Source: Podarcis melisellensis (lineage: Eukaryota). Taken from it: a stretch of 64,000 nt of DNA. Below the pieces are notes generated by a model. The model was not told where the DNA came from, made no database searches, and saw only the letters and a list, made by a program, of their open reading frames with translations. The position numbers and the translations under genes were made by a program. The stretch lies in the NCBI GenBank assembly GCA_964234715.1, contig OZ174277.1, one strand, 5' to 3'. Below, piece by piece: positions 14,100-25,499 of this stretch; position 1 is the stretch's first letter; every line of letters begins with the position of its first letter.

Positions 14100-15135
14100 G
14101 CATGTATTCATGCCAAGACAAAAGTATGACAGGTCCCTATACAAGAGATGTTGTTTACAGATGGCACAGCCTTGATTGCACGCTCTGAGGAATATCTACA
14201 GAGACTCATCAACCATTTTGCCCAAGTTTAGTCACACCACCAGCCTAATGAAGACCAACATCTTGGGTCAGGATGTTACTAACTCTCCACACATTAGCAT
14301 TGGTGACTACACGCTTGAGGTGGTAGATGATTTTATCTACCTGGGTTCCACCATAACCAGCAACTTCTCCATCAACACTGAACTGGACAAGCATATTGGC
14401 AAGGTAGTTACAGCAATGGCTCACCTCTCCAAAAGGTTATGGGTGATGCCAATGACCAATGTGATGCCAACGACCAACACCAAGATGAAGGTCTACCAGG
14501 CTTGCGTGTTGAACACACCGCTTTATGGAAGTAAGCTGTGGGCAACTTACAACCATCAGGAGCGACTCCTCAATGTGTACCACATGCGCTTTGTCAGGAA
14601 GATATTGGGCATCACATGGCAAGACAAAGTCTCAAACAAAGATGTGTTCGCCCAAACCCCCGTTCTCAGCATGTACATCCTCCTGTCTCAGCGATGTCCA
14701 TGCTGTCTTATCCACAGAATGGAAGATGGCAATATCCCCAAGGATCTCCTCTATGAGGAGCTGGTTTCAGGCACCAGGCCTGTTGGCAGATAAACTCTGT
14801 GTTACAAAGATGTCTGCAAATGTAACATTAAGGCTGGGCTGGCAACATCAACCCCACCGTATGGGAATCCCTTGCAGATGGCCGCAGTGGCTAGAGACAG
14901 ACAGTCAGGTCGTGAATCCACAGCAGTGAGGAGAGGACAAATGATCACTGGGAGGAGTGCAGAGAGGAGAAATGCCGTGGTGTATCAGCAGCAGCACAAC
15001 TGAACGCTTTTATCTGCCCCAGCTGCAACAGAACATGTCTCTTCTGTGTTACAGCAGGCACTGTAACTCTCCAATGGATTCACCATTGAAAGCACACTTC
15101 TCCATTCTTTCCCGAAACAGATGGATGTCAACAAT
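14100..15135 (+). mobile_element. Degenerate RTE-clade LINE 3' part (non-BovB)
   Basis: RT C-terminal motifs FIYLGSTI, TKMKVYQACVL..LYGS and RKILGITWQDKVSN. Frameshifted. Confidence 0.82.
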
Positions 15136-15629
15136 GTTCAGCCAAAGCATGCCTGTTCCCCCAGAGCTGTTAATTGCAGGGCAAACTGAAGCAGCCAACA
15201 GCATTTCTATAGTTAGATGAGAAGAGTTTGGAAAAAGTTGTAACTTGTCTCTTGGTTGATCTTTTTATTACTTCATAGCAGTAAATCTATTTAAAACCAT
15301 TTTCATGCAGCCACTCGTTATATTCCATAATAAAGCAGGCTGCACTTATAGCTAAAAGGTAGAGGTGCAGTTATATATTCATACATTTAACATAGCGCAT
15401 TCTACATTTAAGGTAAAAAAAAAATACTTTAAAGGTGTAATGTATTTGCGAATTATTCTTTAAAACGTACAATTTTACACTGGTCTCTTAGCAAGCAGTT
15501 TTATTGTGTGGTAAAAGGTACTGAAACACTGAAACACCTTACACCTCACCAGAGACATCTTTATACTGTTCTCTCCTGGCTGATCAAGAATAATGCCATA
15601 AAACACATTGGGAATTTCCAGTAAAAAAC

Positions 15630-15631
<2 letters not shown>

Positions 15632-15682
<51 letters not shown>
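15632..15682. repeat. (TA)n microsatellite, left flank of the PLE
   Basis: Directly visible. A shorter (TA)n lies at 17658-17675 on the right flank. Confidence 0.95.
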
Positions 15683-15685
<3 letters not shown>

Positions 15686-15734
15686 GGTTTTGGTGTCCTC
15701 GGGTGTCTTCCCGTGTAAAAGTTGGGGTGTCTAG

Positions 15735-15772
15735 GCGACGTTTCGACGAGGTCTCACTCGTCATCTTCAGGC
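15735..15772 (-). ncRNA. Mirror copy of the hammerhead ribozyme in the inverted arm
   Basis: Exact reverse complement of 17536-17573. Confidence 0.72.
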
Positions 15773-16341
15773 TGGTGCTTTCGGCTTCTTGTTACTGGAA
15801 CAGAGCAGGATCTCAGTGTTTGAGTTCCTATTAATACTGTTGAGGGGGTGTGGTGTATAGCCTCCAATGTTCTGGGCAGAGAGGAAGTTCCCAGGCTAGT
15901 GTGCCTTTTCTTCTTTTGTTCCTTAATTACTTGAGGGATATCTTGAGTGATTTCTTGAGTGATATCCTGAGTACCACTTAGGTGGGTCATTAGGTGTGGA
16001 TTAGTTGCTAAAGTCTTTGTGTCTTGACCTCTTGAACTTTGTGAAGAGTTTTTCTGAGAAGATGGCTGTACTGCACTTAGTTGTGCTCTGGCTTGGCTTC
16101 GTGTATAGGGGCGAGCTGTGGTTTTGTGGCCTGTGTCAGCCAGATCTGTGTAGGGATTGCAGGGGGGTGCAGCATCCGGAGGTGCCACCATGGTTTGGCT
16201 ACTGGATGGTGTCTGTAATTTATCTGTGGAGAGGGTCTGGGTTTGGGTCTGGTGTGGTTGATTGGTGATAGCGTTCTGTGTGCCTCTGGATCTGGTGTCA
16301 GTTTTTGTGGGGAGGGCTAATTTCCAGATGTCTGGCAAGCG

Positions 16342-17554
16342 CCACCACCCTGCACAAATAAACTCCGTAGCCAAGACTCTCATCTCCAGAACCAAACGCC
16401 TGGCTGACAAAGACCACTTGACAACTGAGTTACAGAATCTCTCAAATGTGTTAATTGCCAATGGATACCAGCAAAACAGGGTTACGAAGCTAATCCAAAA
16501 AGAAACACCCCCCAAAAACCAAGACACAGAAGAAAACAATGGCATGGCCCTCCTTCCTTATATCAAGGGCACTACAGATAAAATTAGCAAAATCCTCCAT
16601 AAACACAATATCAAAACAGCCTTTTGCACCAACCAAAAAATAGCCAATATCCTCAGAAACCCCAAGGATAAAATCCAGTTGGAAAACCAAGGGGTCTATG
16701 AAATACCCTGCAAAGTCTGCCCAGCCACGTACATTGGACAAACAAACAGACGAATAAATGCACGTATCGCAGAACACAAGAATGCCGTCAAAAAAGAAGA
16801 AAAAACTTCCTCTCTTTTCCAACACATGAAAGAAACAGGACACGAAATTAATTTTGCAGATTCCAAATTGCTCTTTAACATGGAACATCACCACAAGAGA
16901 ATAATCATGGAAGCCATCGAGATAGAGAAACACCCTCACAACATGAACAAGCGTGACGACACATCCCGCTTGCCAGACATCTGGAAATTAGCCCTCCCCA
17001 CAAAAACTGACACCAGATCCAGAGGCACACAGAACGCTATCACCAATCAACCACACCAGACCCAAACCCAGACCCTCTCCACAGATAAATTACAGACACC
17101 ATCCAGTAGCCAAACCATGGTGGCACCTCCGGATGCTGCACCCCCCTGCAATCCCTACACAGATCTGGCTGACACAGGCCACAAAACCACAGCTCGCCCC
17201 TATACACGAAGCCAAGCCAGAGCACAACTAAGTGCAGTACAGCCATCTTCTCAGAAAAACTCTTCACAAAGTTCAAGAGGTCAAGACACAAAGACTTTAG
17301 CAACTAATCCACACCTAATGACCCACCTAAGTGGTACTCAGGATATCACTCAAGAAATCACTCAAGATATCCCTCAAGTAACTAAGGAACAAAAGAAGAA
17401 AAGGCACACTAGCCTGGGAACTTCCTCTCTGCCCAGAACATTGGAGGCTATACACCACACCCCCTCAACAGTATTTATAGGAACTCAAACACTGAGATCC
17501 TGCTCTGTTCCAGTAACAAGAAGCCGAAAGCACCAGCCTGAAGATGACGAGTGA
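16342..17554 (+). CDS. Penelope-like ORF C-terminal part: RT thumb/linker, GIY-YIG endonuclease and T/Q/S-rich tail (5'-truncated)
   Basis: Motifs HHP, NGY, LPYIKG, GVYEIPCKVC..YIGQT.R...RIAEH, H...GH, EAIEI and N..D, which are PLE GIY-YIG signatures. No internal stops. Confidence 0.88.
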
Positions 17555-17573
17555 GACCTCGTCGAAACGTCGC
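17536..17573 (+). ncRNA. Minimal type-I hammerhead ribozyme (PLE-associated)
   Basis: CTGAAGA (17538-44), T, stem II GACGAG/CTCGTC with loop TGAGAC, then GAAA, CG, TC. Predicted GUC cleavage after 17571. Stem I is short (about 2 bp). Confidence 0.75.
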
Positions 17574-20500
17574 CTAGACACCCCAACTTTTACACGGGAA
17601 GACACCCGAGGACACCAAAACCTGCATTCCTGTACCCGTGAAAATCTACGAAAGCAAATATATATATATATATATCCATATCCATTTTCTACAGGCACAC
17701 AAAAACTATCCAGAGAGGCAGTTATCTGTAATGTACTAGGGTCTAGTTGTTTTATTCTTCATCCAGTTGTGAAACATTATTTCAAAAAGCATGAAGTTCA
17801 CTTAGGGATAGTGCAGAAATTTGTTTGGTTCACATTTTATTTGTTTATTTATCACCTTCCACACACGTGGCTCCAAGTTATGTATAAAATTCAATAAAAA
17901 CTGCTTTAAAAAGTCATGGAAAAACCACAACAAATAATGCCATATAAATTTTTAGAGAGTTTGAAGGAGATGCCCATGGCAAGGACCTATTGCCTTAGCT
18001 AGGAAGGTTGTTGGAACAGAAATGTCTTCAGATGTTTCCGGAAAGTGCTGGGGATGGTTGCCTGTCATATCTCAACAAGAATTCTGTTCCACAGAATAGG
18101 AGCAGCCTCACTAAAACGCTCTGAGTTACTGCAGAAAGGGCTTCTGAGATCCTTGGAACTTGCAGCAGAAGCTCTCCCACAGACAGTGACCCACAGAATA
18201 TATAAGGGTTTATAATTTTAATACAAACTTACCCAGCTCACACCTTCATATGAGTACACAAACTGAAGTACAGCTATTCTTTGAAATGTGAATTTCTTTG
18301 AATTGTTTGATGCAATTTTCCCTTTTTTAAAAAAAGGAATACAAAAGGAACTTTGGAGAAAAGTGTGCCCCAAATGTGTTTATGAGTGAAATCAACTTTT
18401 TAAAAAATTGGATGAAATGTGCATGGAAATGTGTAAAAATGTTTGTGCAGCCAACATTTTGTGCAACCAATGCAGAAATGGAGCAACAGATTCATGCATC
18501 CCGGGTTTAATTTCAGGTTTGGATTCTTCACTAGCAAAACCTATTCAACTACCAAGTGGTTTAAGAATGGCTTTAATTCGTTGACTTAGTAAATCAGTCA
18601 CAACTAAGGGAATGATCCAGTATCTTTCCAGATCCCACCCCCCATCAACCCATCTCCCATGTGTCCACATCTGCACACTTGTTTTGCCACAAGCTGGGGA
18701 CGGACTGGCTTGTTCGCTTCTGGGGGAAAATAGCACCTTGTTGCAGATTTTGAAGGAAACCATCACCTAATCACATGTGGGAAACACATTCTACAACGGG
18801 GCACCCCACTTTTTATGGGTTGCTGGTTCTTCTTCAAAATAAAATTGACCCCTTTAAACATAAATTCTTTTTTTTAAAAAGTGCTTGTCATAACAGTGAG
18901 GGTGAAAATTAAGCTTACTCCCATTTATTTTTCTTAGTGTGTTTTACTTTTGCAGAAAAGTGACAGATTTAAAGACCTGCAGTTATATGGAACTTTTCTA
19001 GTCAGAGTAGGCTCATTGAAATTAATAGAATGAGGTTAGGCACACCTATTAATTTCAGTGTGTCTACTCTAAATAGGACTAAGATTAGATACAACCCACG
19101 AGTTCTGTGTCCTGTACAGGACCTAGCAGAGCTGGATATTTATTTAATGGTCAATAGTTGTGGTGATGAATTCTGAGAGGTTGGCATGTGGCAACTCTGC
19201 TTGGTACAGGGGAGTGCCATGTGCCAACCTTTCATGGAGCAAAGACCAGAGGGCACTTGTCCAAAGGTTGAGTGGTCAGAAGACAAGGCAAAGGGATCTC
19301 AAAATGACCGCTTTCCTCACAGAAGAAGGATCTCTTCACCTGAGTGGGGCCTCCTCCACTACTCCACAGCCATGAAGCTCATGGTTCAATCCAAGGAAGT
19401 TACTGCACAAGCCCTTTGGAGCTTTTCTTCTCTGTCCTCCTCCTACAGGGTACCCCTCTCCACCATCTCAAATCTGCCTTAGAGGGTTGGGAGGAGACAC
19501 CATAGTAGATTTGGAGTGGAGAGGCAGTGTGAGGGTTCAGGGAGAGAGGAAGGAGAAGGTTCATTGTGTGCGCAAGTTGTTCAAGTTGTGAAGAGAAAAT
19601 ATGAGGTGCTTGTGGAAGGAAGGACCATGAATTCAGCCATGAGGCACTTGCAGGAAGAGTAGGATTTAAATGCTGTAAAGTTTAGAAATGTTGCTAATTA
19701 CATAGCATATTAAATAAATGAACTGGAATTCTGAGAATATTTGATACTCATATCTATAGTGTTCTTACAGAATCTTGGACTTCAAGACGGTGACTAGATG
19801 CAGCAGTAGTTTGACCTAGTTAAGGCTGTGCCTATAGCTTTGCAGCTAAGAGAAATAAAACAAAATAAAAATAAAAATCTGCATGCACATACATTACTCA
19901 GAAAACAGAACACTGATTATTTTTTTCAGGATACTTTTCACCAATATACTTTACATGAGCACATATTCCAAAACATCTGGAGGGCACCAGGTTGGGAAAA
20001 CTAGCTTTACTCGCACATTGCACATACAAACACTTGATTCTTTAAGCACAAACTGAGTCCTTAAGCTGACACGAAGAGAAATATCTGAAGGGGAAAATTG
20101 TTGAGTTCATAACCCAAAAATGATGGAGTCATAGAACTTTTAAAAAAAGACTCAAACTTTCCACTATGATAAAACCAGAAGCTAGTATAAATATAAGCTG
20201 GTTTTGACATCCATTGTTCAGTGTTCATATTTTTCTATATGAGAGAACAGTGGTTAATTCAGAGCTTGTGGGATTTTAAGGGGGGGGCATAAATCAATCC
20301 CCCCTATATCAATCAGTGGTTTGTGAAAATCTAGAGGATAAATAAACCATGCAAACTGTGCAAGTCGAATGAGCAGCAGTTAAAACAACTTCGTAGTCAT
20401 AAACAGTAAACAAAACATAGTAACCGATTGAAACACAAGAGATTGTTGTATCATAGGAGTGTAAATTATTAGCTTAATAATCATTTCAATGGCAGGGATT

Positions 20501-20930
20501 GCAAAGGCAAAATTAGGCCAACAGTTCCCCCTGTGGCAACTGGGTAGTACTGTACTTCAAAATAGAGAAGCAACTGACCCAGAAAAGAGATGCGCTGAAA
20601 TCTCTGAGAGAATACTTCATAGAGAAGCATCCAGTTAGCTATTATGCAATTTCCTCACCAGGATAGTTTTTTTCTTTTAATGGCATACGTAATATGCACT
20701 GGACCGGCACCAAATATTCACCCATTTGTTTTTTGAAGCAAAAACTAACGATTGTGGGTAGAGTCTTCCCCAAGACAGATAGATACAATGTTTGTCCCCT
20801 TTTGATGTTGTCTTTCTCTAGCTTCTTCTTCTTCCTGGGTTAATGTTGAGCCTATCCAACAAAAAATCAAGGAATCGGTGAATGATATCACAGCACACTG
20901 CAGTCAGATGGCTCCACCCATGTGATGATG

Positions 20931-21418
20931 GGTGGAGAGACATCACTTTGCCAACAAAGGTCCATATAGTTAAAGCCATGGTTTTCCCAGTAGTGATGTA
21001 TGGAAGTGAGAGCTGGACCATAAAGAGGGCTGATCGCCAAATAATTGATGCTTTTGAATTATGGTGCTGGAGGAGACTCTTGAGAGTCCCATGGACTGCA
21101 AGAAGATCGAACGTATCTATTCTTAAGGAAATCAGCCCTGAGTGCTCATTGGAAGGACAGATCCTGAAGCTGAGGCTCCAATACTTTGGCCACCTCATGA
21201 GAAGAGAAGACTCCCTGGAAAAGACCCTGATGTTGGGAAAGATGGAGGGTACAAGGAGAAGGGGACGACAGAGGACGAGATGGTTGGACAGTGTTCTCGA
21301 AGCTACAAACATGAGTCTGACCAAACTGCGGGAGGCAGTGGAAGACAGGAGTTCCTGGCGTGCTCTGGTCCATGGGGTCACGAAGAGTCGGACACGACTA
21401 AACGACTAAACAACAACA
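20931..21418 (+). mobile_element. BovB (RTE clade) LINE 3' fragment
   Basis: Encodes RDITLPTKVHIVKAMVFPVVMYGSESWTIK...FELWCWRRLLRVPW...RRRGRQRTRWLD. (CAA)n tail. 11-bp TSD ATGTGATGATG. Confidence 0.92.
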
Positions 21419-21556
21419 ATGTGATGATGTCACTGAGCATAAGCAAGGTACATTTTCAAGCTACATAGTCTTCTGGCGCCATTTCATTATGTGATCCTTG
21501 ATAGGGTGGTGGTGTTTATTGAGCCCTGTGAGCACCACTTATTGCCTGGGACAAAG

Positions 21557-21619
21557 GAAGAAGAAGAAGAAGAAGAAGAAGAAGAAGAAGAAGAAGAAGA
21601 AGAAGAAGAAGAAGAAGAA
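21557..21619. repeat. (GAA)n microsatellite
   Basis: Directly visible in the sequence. Confidence 0.95.
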
Positions 21620-23786
21620 AGCATAAGCATAAGGCAAATAGGATAACATCCATCCTCTTGGTGTAAACAATGCCTTTGTCTTTGTCCATCAGTATTTTTA
21701 ACAAGTGGACAACTGATGGGCAGGAATGCATGGATTCTGAATGAAAGCAATAAGAATAAGGGAAAATAATCCATCCCCCTTTATGTTGAAGCTGAGACTA
21801 CTGGCAGAACATTATGGAAGTTCCAGGAAATCGTCATCTGATTTTATCACTGCAAAGCCACAGACTGCTTAGGTCATTTGAGACTTCCCTGATGCCCCAC
21901 TCAAGACAGGTCCCATCAAGCAAAGCCGCCCTTATGACTGCAACTATCCATGTGCCAAATTCAGCAGCGAGGGCACATCAAAAGGCACTTTCCCTACCCA
22001 GGCTGATTCAGCAGAATTCAGCCCTACACATGCCTGTTTGGGCTGGCTTTGAGGTTTAATGGCCAGGTTTAAGCAGGTGTGTGGCAATTTTAATTAGTTT
22101 TTGTATATATTATTTTCTGTTTTAATGGGTACCACTTTGCTGATTTTATTCCATTGTTCCATGAAGTGTTGCGACTTGCCCTTGGCCCGCATGATGGGGC
22201 GAGTTAGATGCTTTTAAGCATTTGCTCTAGGTTCATGTATACAGGAGCTGAATGGCATCGTTTGAGTTCTCCAACTTTGTCACGGTGGGTCTCCCGAAGC
22301 CAAAAATCAACGGAAAGAGTCTTCTTACAAAGGCCCATGGTTGCCACTTCGTTGTTGCCTATATTGTAAGAGTATAGGAAGCATAAAGCATGGGGAGAGC
22401 CAAGGTAACACAAGTACATGCTCCATACTCTAGCGCTGGCATAGCTCTTCCTAGGTAATCCCACTGTTCCATAGCTTTTCAATCACAGAAGTTGATGCAT
22501 ACATGGTTCCCCCCTTGGGCTTATCCTCACAACAACTCTTTAAGGCTGGTTAGGTGAAAAGAGAGTGACTGGCCCAAAGTCATCCAATGAGTATCAAAGC
22601 TTATGAGGATTTGAACCCAAGTCAGCCCAAGCTTACCATCCTTTCCTGCAGCTTCTGATGCACTTATACAATGCATTCCAAGGCAAGCCATGGCTGAGTG
22701 GTGATTTCTTGCATGTATACAGCCAACATTATATTCAATGCACATTGAGATCTTGCTTTTCTACCTAGTCCCCGCACACTCTGGACCCGTTGCATATCTA
22801 TGCCCCTGAAAAGAGCTATTTCACAAACAAGTGGCATTCTGAAAATGAAATCTCAATGCAAATTGATTCTGCGTTACCTCCCATTGAAAATAGATGGAGG
22901 TGTTCCCAGCAATAGTTGGTGTATCCACATCTGCCCAGTGATGCTACGACTGGGCATATACCAAGATCACAATGCCCACTTTTTTATTCATTTACCTGGG
23001 GCATGTGTGGGGAAGAAAAGTTGTGGATAATCTGTTCAAGGTCAGAGTTTTCAAACACGTTTCAAGTAATCACACCCACCCTTGTTGTTGGCAGGATCCA
23101 GAACCAATCGGCATTGAAGGCAACATGTTATGGAAGAGCAGGCTCAAATCCTTATTGAGGAAAGCGACTTCTCTGTGCTACAAATGGCTAAGTGTGCACC
23201 CACCGTCAGCTGTACACCCTTGCTTTTTGGATTCATGGGTGGTGGAGAACATCTGCCCAGAGGAAGTCACACCAGAAACAAATGATCTCCTTATTGCATA
23301 AGAATGCTTTCACCAATCTCGGAGATAATGTCTCCTCAGCTGTGCTCGTAAATGAGCTGGAAATGCTGCCCTACTTTGCAAAGCATTTCAGGCCCTCCCT
23401 TTTCTGTTTACACAGAAAGGGAGGTGCCTTGACAATATTTTGAGGAATTAATCCCTTGTTTACTGGATCACTCTTCCATGAGTTATCCATCCCATGTAAT
23501 TATGCATCTAAGAGTCATTTGAGCCTGCCTTGGTGTTATAAGCATTAAAGTCTCCCCAAGGGCCCCCAATTGGTTTTAATTTCTTATATGCTGCACAGCT
23601 GCCTTCTCAAACAGTATTGTGATCCATTGTGTTTCTAGCTACTGCCATCAGTTTTCTTTTTCCTACTTTAATATGAATGCTGGACTATTTCATGGTTCAA
23701 TTCTTTACTTCAAACAGACTAAGAGGATTCTGAGTTATACTGGATTCACATATATTTTCACCTCAAGGTCAACCTGAATCCTACCA

Positions 23787-24029
23787 CAGTGGTACCTCGG
23801 GTTAAGTACTTAATTCGCTCCGGAGATCCGTACTTAACCTGAAACTGTTCTTAACCTAAAGCAACTCCTTTAGCTAATGGGGCCTCCTGCTGCAGCCGCG
23901 CCGCCGGAGCACGATTTCTGTTCTCATCTTGAAGCAAAGTTCTTAACCTGAAGCACTATTTATGGGTTAGCGGAGTCTGTAACCTGAAGCGTATGTAACC
24001 TGAAGCGCATGTAACCCGAGGTACTACTA
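23787..24029 (+). mobile_element. Tc1/mariner MITE, copy 3
   Basis: Same family, with slightly decayed ends. Confidence 0.85.
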
Positions 24030-24214
24030 TATCATCCTCATGGGCCCTAATTTACCTGTATCTTAAGTACATTGTTTGCTATCTCTTATATATGTTCAGA
24101 AGCCCTTAGATGTGAATATGTTTAGCAAGGCATGCAAACTACTGTCAAAAATGTGGAGAGCACACATTTAACCTGCTCCCGGCCGATGAAGATATGGAAT
24201 GCTATACAAATAAA

Positions 24215-25445
24215 TAAGAGCACACACCTCAAAAAGGATATGGAGTTGGGAAAGGTTCAGAAAAGGGCAACCAAAAAGATCAAGCGGTTAAAGCCGCACC
24301 CCTGTGAGAAAAAGTTGCAGCGTTTGCGACATTTGTGTTGAGAGAACAGGCGACTAAGAGGTGACATGATAGACATTTATAAAATTAAGCATGGCATTGA
24401 GAAACTGGGTAGAGAAAGGTTTTTCCCCTTCTTTCAAAACACTAGAACTTTGTGGGCATCCAATGAAGTGAAATGTTGGAAGATTCAGGACGGGGGGGGG
24501 GGGAGTGTTTCTTCACATAGCTCATACTATGGAACCTGTTCCCACAGGAGGCAGTGATGGTCACCCACCTGGATAGCTTTCAAAGATTGGACCAATTAAT
24601 GGAGGACAGAGCTACAAGGGCTATCTGTGATGGCCTGGGACTCAGGCTCGGACTCGGAACCAGAGGAGACTCAGTCTGCATCGGATCCTTTGCCTCAGGT
24701 ATCACCTGAACCAAGTCTGGGGCTTGATTCTGAAGAATCCCAGTCTGCACAGGTTCCCCTGCAACAAACACCAGCTGGGCCGAGTCAGGGGCCTGAGCCT
24801 GCCCTGGCTCCAGATGTGGGGATTACCTTATTGTCTTCAGCTGGGCCATCGCTTACAGCTGCTCCACTACCAGTTTGGTCAGGGGAGACTGAGGCGGCCC
24901 ATGGGTCTAGTAACCCACCGACATCTCCTGAGCTGCAGAGACTAAGGTCTGAGAGAAGGAGCGACCTGAGTACTCGCAGGAGGAGTGCTCGCCTTCGGGC
25001 GAAACAGGGAGGTGAATCGCCGGGGGATCAGGACCGACTGCTACCCCAACAAAGATAAAAGGCTGTCAGACCTGCAGAAGCAACATTGCTGTATGCCAGA
25101 CCCTGCCTGAGATCCTGTATCTGTCCTTGCCTGGTTTCCTGCCTTGGCCCTGCCGGACTGACTCCTAGAGGAACCTTCGGATTCTGGACTGGTCCTGGAC
25201 CGCGCTTTGTGGGTTACCCCCGCGCCCAGCACATTATCCATCATGATGGCCATGCTCTGCCTTTACAGTTGGAGGCAGCAATGCTTCTGAATAGCAGTTT
25301 CTAGAAACCACAGGAAGGGAGAGTGCTCTTGTGCTTGGGTCCTCCTTGCAGGTTTCCCACAGGTTTCTGGTTGGCATCTGTGAGAACAAAATGCAGGCTA
25401 GATGGGCCCTTGTCCTGATCCAGCAGGCTCTTCTTGTATTCTCTT
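24215..25445 (+). mobile_element. CR1 LINE 3' part (interrupted by solo LTR)
   Basis: Encodes KKD.ELGKVQKRATKKIK and RLRGDMIDIYKI, typical of the CR1 ORF2 C-terminus, followed by 3' UTR. Confidence 0.8.
24626..25233 (+). mobile_element. Solo LTR (608 bp) inserted in a CR1 3' end
   Basis: TG...CA termini, near-perfect 5-bp TSD (ctatc/ttatc), TATA-like gataaaa near 25054. The CR1 sequence resumes on both sides. Confidence 0.8.
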
Positions 25446-25499
25446 CTTAACTGCTTGATAGTCTCATTCTTTCCAGCAAATGGTGCATTAACGTATTAT

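Larger units (their letters stand above)
15681..17657 (+). mobile_element. Penelope-like retroelement, 5'-truncated, with inverted pseudo-LTR, inserted in (TA)n
   Basis: 15681-16341 is the reverse complement of 16967-17627. The spacer encodes the PLE RT C-terminus/linker and a GIY-YIG endonuclease. Hammerhead cores are present in both arms, with (TA)n on both flanks. Confidence 0.92.

Noticed and set aside
20395-20416. About 22-nt exact match (AGTCATAAACAGTAAACAAAAC) to sequence near 52631
   Set aside because: Most simply explained as low-complexity tails of the same old repeat family, not a functional pair.
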